A model generated the notes under the pieces. It saw nothing but the letters and a program-made list of their open reading frames with translations, was not told where the DNA came from and ran no database searches. The position numbers were made by a program, and so were the translations under genes. Source: an uncultured beta proteobacterium (GTDB lineage Bacteria; Pseudomonadota; Gammaproteobacteria; Burkholderiales; JACQAP01). Taken from it: a stretch of DNA of 64,000 nucleotides. Below, piece after piece: positions 27,904-36,974 of this stretch. Position 1 is the stretch's first letter, and each line of letters begins with the position of its first letter. The DNA is taken from contig CAWBMN010000007.1 of NCBI GenBank assembly GCA_963789945.1, positions 283,178 to 347,177 on the forward strand. Direction: 5' to 3'.

Positions 27904-30771
27904 ATGCAACTTGCCACCAACCTGACCGCGGCTACTCCGGTAAGCAACTACTCCACGGAAGACGGCGCGGCCGACCGGGATCCGCAGCGTTACGCCCATT
28001 ACAAAGTCATCCGCCGCAACGGCGCAGTCGTCGGTTTCGAGCCCGGCAAGATCTCGGTTGCCGTGACCAAGGCGTTCCTGGCGGTCAACGGCGGCCAGGG
28101 TGCCGGTTCAGCCCGGGTTCGCGAGCTGGTCGAGAAACTTGCCGCGACCGTGGTGAATGCGTTGATCCGCCGCCAGCCCAACGGCGGCACCTTCCATATC
28201 GAAGACATCCAGGACCAGGTCGAACTCTCCCTGATGCGCTCGGGCGAGCACGAAGTGGCCCGCGCCTATGTGTTGTACCGCGAGGAGCGGTCGCGCGAGC
28301 GCGCCAGGATCCGCGAGACGCAGGCGGCGGCCACGGCGCATGCCATCGGCGTCGTCGAGCACGGCCAGACCCATCCGCTGGATATGGAGAAGCTTACCGG
28401 TCTGATCAAGGATTCCTGCGAAGGCCTGGGCCGCGCCGTGGATCCCGCCGTGATCCTGCAGATGACGCTAAAGGATCTGTACGACGGCGTGCCGATGGAC
28501 GAGGTGCGCAAGTGCGCCATCCTTGCGGCCCGGTCGCTGATCGAGAAAGACCCGGCATACAGTTACGTTACCGCGCGCCTCTTACTTAATAGTGTCCGCT
28601 ACGAAGTCCTGGGCGAAGAAGTCACCCATGCGCAGATGCATTCCCGCTACGCAGAATATTTCCCCGGGTTCATCAAGCGGGGGATCGAGGCCGGATTGCT
28701 GGACGAGCGACTCGGCCGTTTCGACCTGCGCTCGCTGGGCGCGGCGCTGGATGCCAACCACGATTTGAAATTCGGCTACTTGGGCCTGCAAACGCTCTAT
28801 GACCGCTACTTCCTGCACGTGCACGGTCAGCGCATTGAGCTTCCGCAGGCCTTTTTTATGCGCGTGGCGATGGGCCTTGCCATCAACGAAGTCGAGCGCG
28901 AGGCCCGCGCCATCGAGTTCTACAACGTGCTGTCGAGTTTCGACTTCATGTCCTCGACGCCCACGCTGTTCAACTCCGGCACGCACCGTTCGCAGCTTTC
29001 AAGCTGCTACCTGACCACGGTATCGGACGACCTGGAAGGCATTTACGATGCCATCAAGGAAAACGCGCTGCTTTCAAAGTTTGCCGGCGGTCTGGGCAAT
29101 GACTGGACACCGGTCCGGGCGCTGGGCTCCCATATAAAGGGAACCAACGGCAAGTCGCAGGGAGTGGTGCCGTTCCTCAAGGTGGTAAACGACACCGCAG
29201 TCGCGGTGAACCAGGGCGGCAAGCGCAAGGGGGCGGTGTGCTCCTACCTCGAGACCTGGCACCTGGACATCGAGGAGTTCCTCGAATTGCGCAAGAACAC
29301 GGGGGATGACCGCCGCCGTACCCACGACATGAACACCGCCAACTGGATTCCGGACCTGTTCATGAAGCGGGTCATGGAAGCCGGTGAGTGGACGCTGTTC
29401 TCGCCCGCCGATGTGCCCGATCTGCATGACAAGGTCGGCAGGGAATTCGAGGCGGCCTATACCGAATACGAGCGCAAGACCCAATCCGGTGATCTCAAGC
29501 TCTTCAAGCGCATCCCGGCTTTGACGCTGTGGCGCAAGATGCTGACCATGCTGTTCGAGACCGGGCATCCCTGGATCACCTTCAAGGATCCCTGCAATAT
29601 CCGCAGCCCGCAAAGCCACGTCGGCATGGTGCACAGCTCCAACCTGTGCACGGAGATCACGCTCAACACTTCGGACAGCGAGATCGCGGTCTGCAATCTG
29701 GGTTCGATAAACCTGGTTGCCCACATGAAGGACGGCAAGCTCGATCACGACAAGCTCAAACAGACGGTGTCCACCGCCATGCGCATGCTGGACAACGTGA
29801 TCGACGTCAACTACTACGCGGTCAACAAGGCGCGTAACGCCAACTTCAAGCATCGCCCGGTCGGTCTGGGCATCATGGGTTTTCAGGACTGCCTGCTGGA
29901 GATGCGCGTGCCATACGCTTCAAAGGATGCGCTGGAGTTCGCCGACCGTTCGATGGAGGCGGTGGCCTATTACGCGTACTGGGCCTCGACCGAACTGGCC
30001 GAGGAGCGCGGGCGCTACTCTACATATGAAGGGTCGCTATGGTCCAGGGGCATTCTGCCGCAGGACTCGCTCAAGCTGCTGGCCGAGGAGCGCCGCGGCT
30101 ACCTGGAGGTGGACACCTCTTCGCGCATGGACTGGGATCCGCTGCGCGCGCGCATCAAGCAGTTCGGCATGCGCAATTCAAACTGCCTGGCAATCGCGCC
30201 GACCGCGACCATCGCCAATATCGTCGGCGTATCGGCCTCGATCGAACCGACCTACCAGAACCTGTACGTGAAGTCGAATCTGTCGGGCGAATTCACGGTC
30301 ACCAACGAATACCTGGTCCGGGACCTGAAGAAACTCAATGCATGGGACGAGGTCATGATCGCCGACCTCAAGTATTTCGATGGCAGCCTGGCCAAGATCG
30401 ACCGCGTCCCGCAGGAGGTCCGCAACCTCTATGCCACGGCGTTCGAGGTGGACTCGGCGTGGATCGTCGAAGCGGGCGCGCGCCGGCAGAAGTGGATTGA
30501 CCAGGCGCAGTCCCTCAATATCTATATGGCGGGCGCTTCCGGCAAGAAGCTCGACGATACCTACAAGCTGGCCTGGAAGCGGGGGCTCAAGACGACCTAT
30601 TACCTGCGCACGCTGGGGGCGACCTCGGCGGAAAAATCCACCGTCCGCGGTGGCCAGTTGAACGCCGTGCCCATGGATGGCGGCGTCATGGGTGCGGGTC
30701 GGGCCGCCGTCGCGGACGAGGAAACAAAGTTTTGCTCCATAGATAGCCCCGATTGCGAGGCCTGCCAATGA
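27904..30771 (+). CDS. nrdA: Ribonucleoside-diphosphate reductase alpha subunit (class Ia)
   Basis: ATG 27904 follows GGAGAA. It has an N-terminal ATP-cone (YKVIRRNGAVVGFEPGKI), the catalytic segment SSNLCTEI and a C-terminal CEAC redox tail. Confidence 0.97.
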   Translation: MQLATNLTAATPVSNYSTEDGAADRDPQRYAHYKVIRRNGAVVGFEPGKISVAVTKAFLAVNGGQGAGSARVRELVEKLAATVVNALIRRQPNGGTFHIEDIQDQVELSLMRSGEHEVARAYVLYREERSRERARIRETQAAATAHAIGVVEHGQTHPLDMEKLTGLIKDSCEGLGRAVDPAVILQMTLKDLYDGVPMDEVRKCAILAARSLIEKDPAYSYVTARLLLNSVRYEVLGEEVTHAQMHSRYAEYFPGFIKRGIEAGLLDERLGRFDLRSLGAALDANHDLKFGYLGLQTLYDRYFLHVHGQRIELPQAFFMRVAMGLAINEVEREARAIEFYNVLSSFDFMSSTPTLFNSGTHRSQLSSCYLTTVSDDLEGIYDAIKENALLSKFAGGLGNDWTPVRALGSHIKGTNGKSQGVVPFLKVVNDTAVAVNQGGKRKGAVCSYLETWHLDIEEFLELRKNTGDDRRRTHDMNTANWIPDLFMKRVMEAGEWTLFSPADVPDLHDKVGREFEAAYTEYERKTQSGDLKLFKRIPALTLWRKMLTMLFETGHPWITFKDPCNIRSPQSHVGMVHSSNLCTEITLNTSDSEIAVCNLGSINLVAHMKDGKLDHDKLKQTVSTAMRMLDNVIDVNYYAVNKARNANFKHRPVGLGIMGFQDCLLEMRVPYASKDALEFADRSMEAVAYYAYWASTELAEERGRYSTYEGSLWSRGILPQDSLKLLAEERRGYLEVDTSSRMDWDPLRARIKQFGMRNSNCLAIAPTATIANIVGVSASIEPTYQNLYVKSNLSGEFTVTNEYLVRDLKKLNAWDEVMIADLKYFDGSLAKIDRVPQEVRNLYATAFEVDSAWIVEAGARRQKWIDQAQSLNIYMAGASGKKLDDTYKLAWKRGLKTTYYLRTLGATSAEKSTVRGGQLNAVPMDGGVMGAGRAAVADEETKFCSIDSPDCEACQ

Positions 30772-31021
30772 GGAGGCCTGCCTACCGCCTGCGGTTCGCC
30801 GCGCGCCGCCGACTGACGTTCTGGATGATGCGCAGCCGCGCCGAATCTGCGCGGTTTGCGGTTACCGCGAAGGTGCAATCCAGGGGCCGGGATTTTTTTT
30901 GAGCGATGAGCCGATCGAATTCATTCTCATCGCGATCGAAGGATAAAAAGGGGTCGCATCGCGACCGAATATCAAAGAAGTATTTGACATTCCACCGATA
31001 ACATTTATAAAGGAACCAGGC

Positions 31022-32170
31022 ATGCTGCAATTTGAGAATCACATTCCGAGTACCGGCGGTGCTGGTTTGCAGCCCGTCGTGGGCAACATTCCGGTGAGCA
31101 TTGTTCCGCCGGCGTGCGTTGCCGAATCCGATCCGGCCGCGGACGTTGCGCTTCGTCGTGTGCGCGTTGAAGACAAGCGCGTCATCAACGGACAGGCCGA
31201 CGTCAACCAGCTCGTCCCGTTCAAGTACAAGTGGGCCTGGGACAAATATCTGTCGGGCTGCGCCAACCACTGGATGCCCCAGGAAATCAACATGAGCCGG
31301 GACATCGCCACCTGGAAAGACCCGAACGGGCTGACCGAGGACGAGCGCCTGGTGGTCAAGCGCAATCTCGGTTTCTTCGTGACTGCCGACAGCCTGGCGG
31401 CCAACAATATCGTGCTCGGCACTTACCGCCACATCACTGCCCCGGAATGCCGGCAGTACCTGCTGCGCCAGGCTTTCGAAGAAGCGATCCACACCCACGC
31501 CTATCAGTACATCGTCGAGAGTCTGGGGCTGGACGAAGGCGAAATCTTCAACGCCTACCATGAGGTCTCCAGCATCCGGGACAAGGACGAGTTTCTGATC
31601 CCGTTCATCGAAACATTGACCGACCCGGAGTTCAAGACCGGCACCCCGGAGGCCGATCAGCAGCTCCTGAAAAGCCTGATCGTATTTGCCTGCATCATGG
31701 AGGGGCTGTTTTTCTATGTAGGCTTTGCCCAGATCCTGTCGCTGGGGCGCCAGAACAAGATGACGGGCGCCGCCGAGCAGTACCAGTACATCCTGCGCGA
31801 CGAGTCCATGCACTGCAATTTCGGCATCGACCTGATCAACCAGATCAAGATGGAAAACCCGCACTTGTGGACCCCGGAGTTCCGCGAGGAAATCCGCGGC
31901 CTGATCCAGCAGGGCGTGGAGCTGGAATACCGCTATGCAGAGGACACCATGCCGCGTGGCGTGCTGGGCCTGAACGCGCCGATGTTCAAGGAATACCTGC
32001 GCTTCGTGGCCAACCGCCGCGCGCAACAGATCGGCCTCGATCCGCTGTACCCGGGCGCGGCCAATCCGTTCCCGTGGATGTCGGAGATGGTCGACCTCAA
32101 AAAGGAGAAGAATTTCTTTGAAACCCGTGTGATCGAGTATCAGACGGGGGGGGCCCTGAACTGGGATTGA
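31022..32170 (+). CDS. nrdB: Ribonucleoside-diphosphate reductase beta subunit
   Basis: 382 aa. It contains the diiron ligand segments [13 protein letters not shown] and [10 protein letters not shown]. Confidence 0.96.
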   Translation: MLQFENHIPSTGGAGLQPVVGNIPVSIVPPACVAESDPAADVALRRVRVEDKRVINGQADVNQLVPFKYKWAWDKYLSGCANHWMPQEINMSRDIATWKDPNGLTEDERLVVKRNLGFFVTADSLAANNIVLGTYRHITAPECRQYLLRQAFEEAIHTHAYQYIVESLGLDEGEIFNAYHEVSSIRDKDEFLIPFIETLTDPEFKTGTPEADQQLLKSLIVFACIMEGLFFYVGFAQILSLGRQNKMTGAAEQYQYILRDESMHCNFGIDLINQIKMENPHLWTPEFREEIRGLIQQGVELEYRYAEDTMPRGVLGLNAPMFKEYLRFVANRRAQQIGLDPLYPGAANPFPWMSEMVDLKKEKNFFETRVIEYQTGGALNWD

Positions 32171-32601
32171 TGCATGGGCCGCAAGAAGCTTTCTGTAGCA
32201 CCCGCGCTGCCGCCGGTCGAATCATCGGCCCGGCAGTGCACTTGTTAGGGCTGAATGGGTAAACCGGACAAGCAGTTCACTATTCAATTACGAAGCGCGC
32301 GGGGCCTCTCCAAAGAGCAGACCGCCAGGCCGGGAGCGACAATCCCCCGGGCCAAGGTTTCCTTTCCTCTTCGTTTCCGACAATTGGCCGAGTGGGGAGT
32401 CAACCCCTTTCCGGCCGTCCCCTCTCTCACGAATCGCGCTGCGGACATGGCAGGTCTTCGTCCGCGGCCCACAGAACTGTCCGATGACCGGTCAGGCGGC
32501 CGATTTGGCGCGCGCCCGGGCATTGGCGGTTGGCACCGAGAAGATCCGTTCTTCGAAGTGCTGGTAGTGCCCTTTGTTTAACTTTCATTAGGAGAATAGC
32601 A

Positions 32602-32922
32602 ATGGCAGCGAAGAGAAAAGCAGCGAAGAAGTCTACCAAGAAGAAGTCCACAGGCAAGAAGAAGGCCGCCAAGAAGCGTCCGGCAGCCAAGAAGGCAAAG
32701 CGCCGTTCCGGCAAGAAAAAGGCGGCGAAGAAAAAGGCCAAGAAGCCGGCCAAAAAGAAGGCGAAGAAGGCGAAGAAGCCCGCGAAAAAGAAGGCGAAGA
32801 AGAAAGCGGGCAAGAAGAAGCCTGCGGCCAGGCCGGCTGCCATGGCAGCCCCGGCCGCGCCGAAGCCAGTTTCTGCACCGGCGGCTTGGCCGTTTCCGGT
32901 AGCGGGTAACCGGCCTAACTAA
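32602..32922 (+). CDS. Histone H1-like lysine/alanine-rich nucleoid protein
   Basis: ATG 32602 follows AGGAGA. The protein is 106 aa: ~75 aa of K/A/P repeats (KKAAKK, KKPAKKKAKK) and then an A/P-rich tail. Confidence 0.72.
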   Translation: MAAKRKAAKKSTKKKSTGKKKAAKKRPAAKKAKRRSGKKKAAKKKAKKPAKKKAKKAKKPAKKKAKKKAGKKKPAARPAAMAAPAAPKPVSAPAAWPFPVAGNRPN

Positions 32923-33335
32923 GCTTCCCAGATGCTCGCGGGCAGTCTGCATCCGCGATGGATACCAGACACTGAGCCGCGAGCTTTGGACTTGCAGTAC
33001 ACATAGCCGGGCCTGAAAGGGCACGGTCGAGTTGGAGCTTTAAGCAAACCTCCGCCGATCAAGAGACGGGAGGCGGGGCAAGTTCCATACGCAAATCTTC
33101 TTGTCCCGATTCGGGACGAGAGGGTAGTTTCGTTCCTGCTGAAAGTGAAACGCTAAGCACTTCAAAGATCAAGCAAAAGTCCCGGCGGGAGTCGGCCCGG
33201 AAAGGGCACCCGGGATCCGCCGGGACGGAGAGAAAACAGGACGTTCACGGGACGAGGCAGCGGATCGGATCTGCTGCCTCCTTGATTTCGGTCCGCAACC
33301 GCCGCCGGGCGGACTCTGGCGGAAAGGGGACAGCG

Positions 33336-33524
33336 ATGAAAGCACCAAGCAGAAACGCAGGCTTCATCTGCCTGCTGCTGTTTATTGTCGGAGTGATTGG
33401 TTTTTTCGTGCCGCTTGCCGGCATACCTTACGCCGGTCCGGTTCTGCAGATATTGAACGAGATCGATGTTTACATCCTGATGGTTGGTTACGGACTGCTG
33501 CTGCTGACCGTCTACATCTTCTAG
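33336..33524 (+). CDS. Small two-helix membrane protein (hypothetical)
   Basis: 62 aa: MKAPSRNAGFICLLLFIVGVIGFFVPLAGIPYAGPVLQILNEIDVYILMVGYGLLLLTVYIF. It has two clear hydrophobic helices but no strong RBS. Confidence 0.4.
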   Translation: MKAPSRNAGFICLLLFIVGVIGFFVPLAGIPYAGPVLQILNEIDVYILMVGYGLLLLTVYIF

Positions 33525-33557
33525 CAAAAAAGAAGGGCTGGTCTCTGAAACCAGCCC
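33525..33557 (-). terminator. Rho-independent terminator after the peroxiredoxin gene
   Basis: Hairpin GGGCTGGT-(7 nt)-ACCAGCCC. On the minus strand it is followed by TTCTTTTTTG. Confidence 0.72.
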
Positions 33558-33593
33558 CAGGCCTCGGCTGACTGCTCGATCAGCGTCTGGATA

Positions 33594-34235
33594 TCAGCGA
33601 TTGGGTTGCGGGGTCATGCGCAAATAGGGACGCAACGCCTTGTAGCCTTTCGGGAATTTCTGCTTGATTATCTCCGGGTCCTGCAACGACGGCACGATGA
33701 CCACGTCGTCGCCGTCCTTCCAGTTCACCGGCGTGGCGACGCTGTAGCGGTCAGTGAGTTGCAGCGAATCGATCACCCTCAGGATCTCGTCGAAATTCCT
33801 CCCGGTGCTTGCCGGGTAGGTGATGGTCGCGCGCACTTTCTTATTCGGGTCGATGATGAAAACCGAACGCACGGTGAACGTGTCGCTGGCATTCGGGTGG
33901 ATCATGTCGTAGAGGTTCGACACCTTCCGGTCGGCGTCCGCCAGGATCGGAAAATTGACCCTGGTTTTCTGCGTGTCGTTGATGTCGTCGATCCACTTGA
34001 TATGCGAGTCCACCGGGTCGACACTCACCGCGATTGCCTTGACGCCGCGCTTCTCGAACTCAGCCTTGAGCTTGGCGGTGTAGCCGAGTTCAGTGGTGCA
34101 CACCGGGGTAAAATCCTTCGGGTGGGAGAACAGGACGGTCCAGCTGTTGCCGATCCACTTGTGAAACTCGATCGGTCCCGTGCTGGATTCCTGCGTGAAA
34201 TCGGGGGCAATGTCGCCCAGTCGTAAAGTGGCCAT
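33594..34235 (-). CDS. 1-Cys peroxiredoxin (Prx6-like)
   Basis: 213 aa. It contains MATLRLGDIAPDF, and the peroxidatic site is HPKDFTPVCTTE. Confidence 0.92.
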   Translation of the reverse strand: MATLRLGDIAPDFTQESSTGPIEFHKWIGNSWTVLFSHPKDFTPVCTTELGYTAKLKAEFEKRGVKAIAVSVDPVDSHIKWIDDINDTQKTRVNFPILADADRKVSNLYDMIHPNASDTFTVRSVFIIDPNKKVRATITYPASTGRNFDEILRVIDSLQLTDRYSVATPVNWKDGDDVVIVPSLQDPEIIKQKFPKGYKALRPYLRMTPQPNR

Positions 34236-34348
34236 GATGATCTCCGGTTAGCTTTCGAAACTTGAACGGGTGAGTCTAGCGGCCGCTTTATATTACACAA
34301 ACGAACGCTTTTACATATCTTAATTCCGGATGGGCTTATAGTCGGAGT

Positions 34349-34570
34349 GTGGCCATGGAAAGAAAGAAAGTGAACTCGAGCTCAATCCGGGCGGTCGGGT
34401 ACGACGAGCGCGGCCGCGTGCTGGAGGTGGAATTCAACGACGGCCGCGTCAATCAGTACAACGGGGTTTCGCCCGAAGTGCACCGGCGGCTGATCAGCGC
34501 GCCGTCGATCATCAGCTATTTCCGCGATAACGTCGAAGAGTCCTTTCCCGCAAAGCGCGTAAAGGGGTAG
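34349..34570 (+). CDS. KTSC domain-containing protein
   Basis: 73 aa. VNSSSIRAVGYDERGRVLEVEFNDGRVNQYNGVSPEVHRRL matches the KTSC pattern. The start could instead be ATG 34355. Confidence 0.72.
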   Translation: MAMERKKVNSSSIRAVGYDERGRVLEVEFNDGRVNQYNGVSPEVHRRLISAPSIISYFRDNVEESFPAKRVKG

Positions 34571-34593
34571 CCGGCCGATGGCCGGCATCAGAT

Positions 34594-34726
34594 GCGCTGA
34601 CGCGAAGGGCGCAAGGGAAAAAAGAAAGTACGGGAAAGCTATACTTTTACGAGCCACGAGCCAGAGCCACGAGCCACGAGCCACGAGCCACGAGCCACGA
34701 GCCACGAGCCACGAGCCACGAGCCAC
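34594..34726. repeat. Composite foldback-family element E6a, with an expanded (GAGCCAC)11 array
   Basis: The head GCGCTGACGCGAAGGGCGCAAGGGAAAAAAG (34594-34627) is homologous to 39139-39170. It is followed by 11 tandem heptamers GAGCCAC, one of them 6 nt, at 34651-34726. Confidence 0.9.
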
Positions 34727-34731
34727 GGCGT

Positions 34732-35331
34732 TCAACATTCCGGCTCCCCTTCCTTAGGCCGGGGATTCGGATCGAAACCGAATTTCTGCGGCACCTCGCC
34801 AGCCTGGATACGCCCTACCGGGACGCGGTTGCCGGCATAGTCGAAATACAGCCCGGTCGCGTGACGCCGGGCCCCGGCATCGAAGGCTCGCCCCAGAACG
34901 GCGTCGCCGACCGGCTTGCCGTGAACATCGGTGAACAGGACCATGATGTCCGCCAGGTCGCGATCGCTGACCAGGCCCGGGCCGCCGCTCCAGCGCAACA
35001 ACAGTGAGCCCGTTTCGTCCATCCACGCGCCGGTGGCTCGCTCCACTGCCTGCCCCGTATGCGTGATCAGTGCTGTCGCGCCGGTGCCGGCGGTAGCAAT
35101 GACGAAAGGCGCATATTCCAGCGTCACGAACACCCGTTGCGGCCCGTTCTGGAAAAACCAGCGCCCCTGCTCGTCGGCGGCATAATTGCGGCCGATAAAG
35201 GCTACAACACCCGGGTTGGATATCCGCTCTCCCTTGATCATCCAACTGCCACGACGATCCAGGCTCAACCACCCATATACGTGGGGTACGTTGGGCCACT
35301 TGGCCATTGACTGGATGACGATCGGGTCCAT
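34732..35331 (-). CDS. Conserved hypothetical protein
   Basis: The ORF is open from 35430, but the plausible start is ATG 35331 or 35307 (MAKWPNVPHVYGWLSLDRRGSWMIKGERISNP...RWFFQNGPQRVFVTLEYAPF). I cannot name the family with confidence. Confidence 0.55.
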   Translation of the reverse strand: MDPIVIQSMAKWPNVPHVYGWLSLDRRGSWMIKGERISNPGVVAFIGRNYAADEQGRWFFQNGPQRVFVTLEYAPFVIATAGTGATALITHTGQAVERATGAWMDETGSLLLRWSGGPGLVSDRDLADIMVLFTDVHGKPVGDAVLGRAFDAGARRHATGLYFDYAGNRVPVGRIQAGEVPQKFGFDPNPRPKEGEPEC

Positions 35332-35422
35332 GCGGATGCAGAATAGGCAGGCGCCAAAAAAAATTCTACCCGTCTCGCACAATAACGGCCCCGGAAGGCC
35401 GTGGTCGAACGTAGACTTGTTA

Positions 35423-35528
35423 CCAGTCACCAGTCACCAGTCACCAGTCACCAGTCACCAGTCACCAGTCACCAGTCACCAGTCACCAGTCACCAGTCAC
35501 CAGTCACCAGTCACCAGTCACCAGTCAC
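35423..35528. repeat. Expanded heptamer array E6b, (CCAGTCA)15
   Basis: About 15 perfect tandem copies (106 bp) lie in the divergent gap between the hypothetical gene and the GST gene. The array ends at the GGAG RBS of the GST gene. The unit matches the NNGTCAC right-arm units of E11 and E14. Confidence 0.95.
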
Positions 35529-35538
35529 GGAGTCGTCA

Positions 35539-36183
35539 ATGGCACTGACCTTCTACTACGGTTCCGGCTCGCCCTATGCATGGCGGGTCTGGCTTGCGCT
35601 TGAACACAAGGCGATTGCCTACGAATTGAAGACGATCTCGTTCTCGGCGGGCGACCTCAAGAAGCCCGAGTTCCTGAAGATCAACCCGCGCCACAAAGTA
35701 CCCGCGATTACCGACGGCGACCTGGCCCTGTACGAATCGGCCGCAATTGTGGAATACCTGGACGAGCAATACGCTTCGGGCAAGAAGCTCTTTCCTGGCA
35801 ACGCCAGGCAGCGTGCGGTTATCCGGCGCCTGGTGCGTGAAGCGGACGAATATTTCGCCCACGCGCAGGAGCGGCTGGTTGACCAGGTGCTGTTCACGCC
35901 GCAGGACAAGTGGGATGCCGGCGAGATTGCCTCCGCGCGCAAATCCCTGGGGCGGGAACTGGGAATTTTCGAGGGTTACCTGTCCGGTGATTACCTGTCC
36001 GGCGAATTCTCGGCCGCGGACATCACGCTTTATCCCATGATCGCGCTGTGCCTGCGCATGGAAAGAAAGAAGCCGGATCTGGATGTGCGCAGCGCTATCG
36101 GATCGAAGCTCGGCGCATGGATGAAGCGCATCGAGGCGCTGCCGTACTTCGACAAGACCTATCCCCCGCACTGGAAAACCTGA
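35539..36183 (+). CDS. Glutathione S-transferase
   Basis: ATG 35539 lies 7 nt after GGAG. The protein has MALTFYYGSGSPYAWRVW, KVPAITDGDLALYESAAIVEYL and a GST C-terminal domain. Confidence 0.9.
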   Translation: MALTFYYGSGSPYAWRVWLALEHKAIAYELKTISFSAGDLKKPEFLKINPRHKVPAITDGDLALYESAAIVEYLDEQYASGKKLFPGNARQRAVIRRLVREADEYFAHAQERLVDQVLFTPQDKWDAGEIASARKSLGRELGIFEGYLSGDYLSGEFSAADITLYPMIALCLRMERKKPDLDVRSAIGSKLGAWMKRIEALPYFDKTYPPHWKT

Positions 36184-36215
36184 GTCAGCCGGTCTGACGA
36201 CTGGCTGCAAAAGCG

Positions 36216-36403
36216 TTGACGCAGAGGTCGCAGAGATACGCAGAGGGCACGGAGAAAAACAAGATAGGAATCTGGAGGGGAGGCAAATTGGGAATCTAGT
36301 GCTTGCACGTGAGTGACTGGGGAGCGGCACCGAACACTCACTCCCTTCGTTCCGCATTCCTCTGCGACCTTTCTTGCCTTTCTCTGCGCCCTCTGCGTCA
36401 ACG
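36216..36403. repeat. Foldback element E7 (CGCAGAG units)
   Basis: Left arm: CGTTGACGCAGAGG-TCGCAGAG-ATACGCAGAG-GGCACGGAGAAAAAC. Right arm: CCTCTGCG...CTCTGCG-CC-CTCTGCGTCAACG. The ~90-bp spacer has an internal hairpin GTGAGTG/CACTCAC. It fills the gap between the convergent GST and VOC genes. Confidence 0.92.
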
Positions 36404-36406
36404 ACC

Positions 36407-36859
36407 TTATTGCTGGCCTCCGGCGAGCTTGTCCCAGTTGTCGTGCCGATGGCGGCGCTCGTCGCGGTAGTTGGTCACTTCAAGGCGCAAGCCATCCGGG
36501 TCGCTGAAGAAGGTTGCATAGTAATCGACCGCGTACTCCGGGTACTGTTTCGGCTCTGAAGCGTCGATACCTGCAGCGCGCAACTTCGCCGCCGTATCCT
36601 CCACCTCGTCTTTGCCTTCGACGCGCAGACAGAAGTGATGCAGTCCCGGCGCATACGGGTCATGAGGAATGCGGCTTCTGGCCGGCCGCAGCACGAAGCC
36701 GAAGTGCCGGTTGAAGTACTGAACGTGCGGGTCGCCACCAATCGTAAATATGTTCTTCCTGAAACCGAGGGCGGCCATTGCCCTGTCATAGAACGCCTCG
36801 GAACGGCCAAGGTCGCTCACGGCAATATAGATGTGGTCTATTCCAATGACTTCGCTCAT
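36407..36859 (-). CDS. VOC/glyoxalase-family protein
   Basis: 150 aa. GIDHIYIAVSDLGRSEAFY and GLHHFCLRVEG are typical of the VOC fold. Confidence 0.82.
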   Translation of the reverse strand: MSEVIGIDHIYIAVSDLGRSEAFYDRAMAALGFRKNIFTIGGDPHVQYFNRHFGFVLRPARSRIPHDPYAPGLHHFCLRVEGKDEVEDTAAKLRAAGIDASEPKQYPEYAVDYYATFFSDPDGLRLEVTNYRDERRHRHDNWDKLAGGQQ

Positions 36860-36974
36860 TGGTCTGAAGTCTCCGGGATTTCGACACCAGGATTCGGTAC
36901 CATTATGCCCAAAACCAACCTGGGTTCACGGAGGAAGTCCTCGTGTTCGATTTCATTTCCCCGGGAGTCGCGCC

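Noticed and set aside
30984-31011. A TTGACA-16-TATAAA promoter-like site just upstream of nrdB.
   Set aside because: The -10 ends only 10 nt before the nrdB ATG, so a transcript starting there would lack the AGGA RBS. It is probably fortuitous AT-rich sequence, and nrdB is more likely co-transcribed with nrdA.
32255-32581. A 108-aa ORF in the nrdB to H1-like intergenic region.
   Set aside because: It has no RBS, no family resemblance and an Arg/Pro/Gly-rich composition. I treat the 430-bp region as non-coding leader of the H1-like gene.
35401-35538. An N-terminal extension of the GST ORF that encodes SPVTSHQ heptad repeats.
   Set aside because: It is simply the (CCAGTCA)15 array read in frame. 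A GGAG RBS and ATG 35539 give a normal GST N-terminus (MALTFYYGSGSPYAW).
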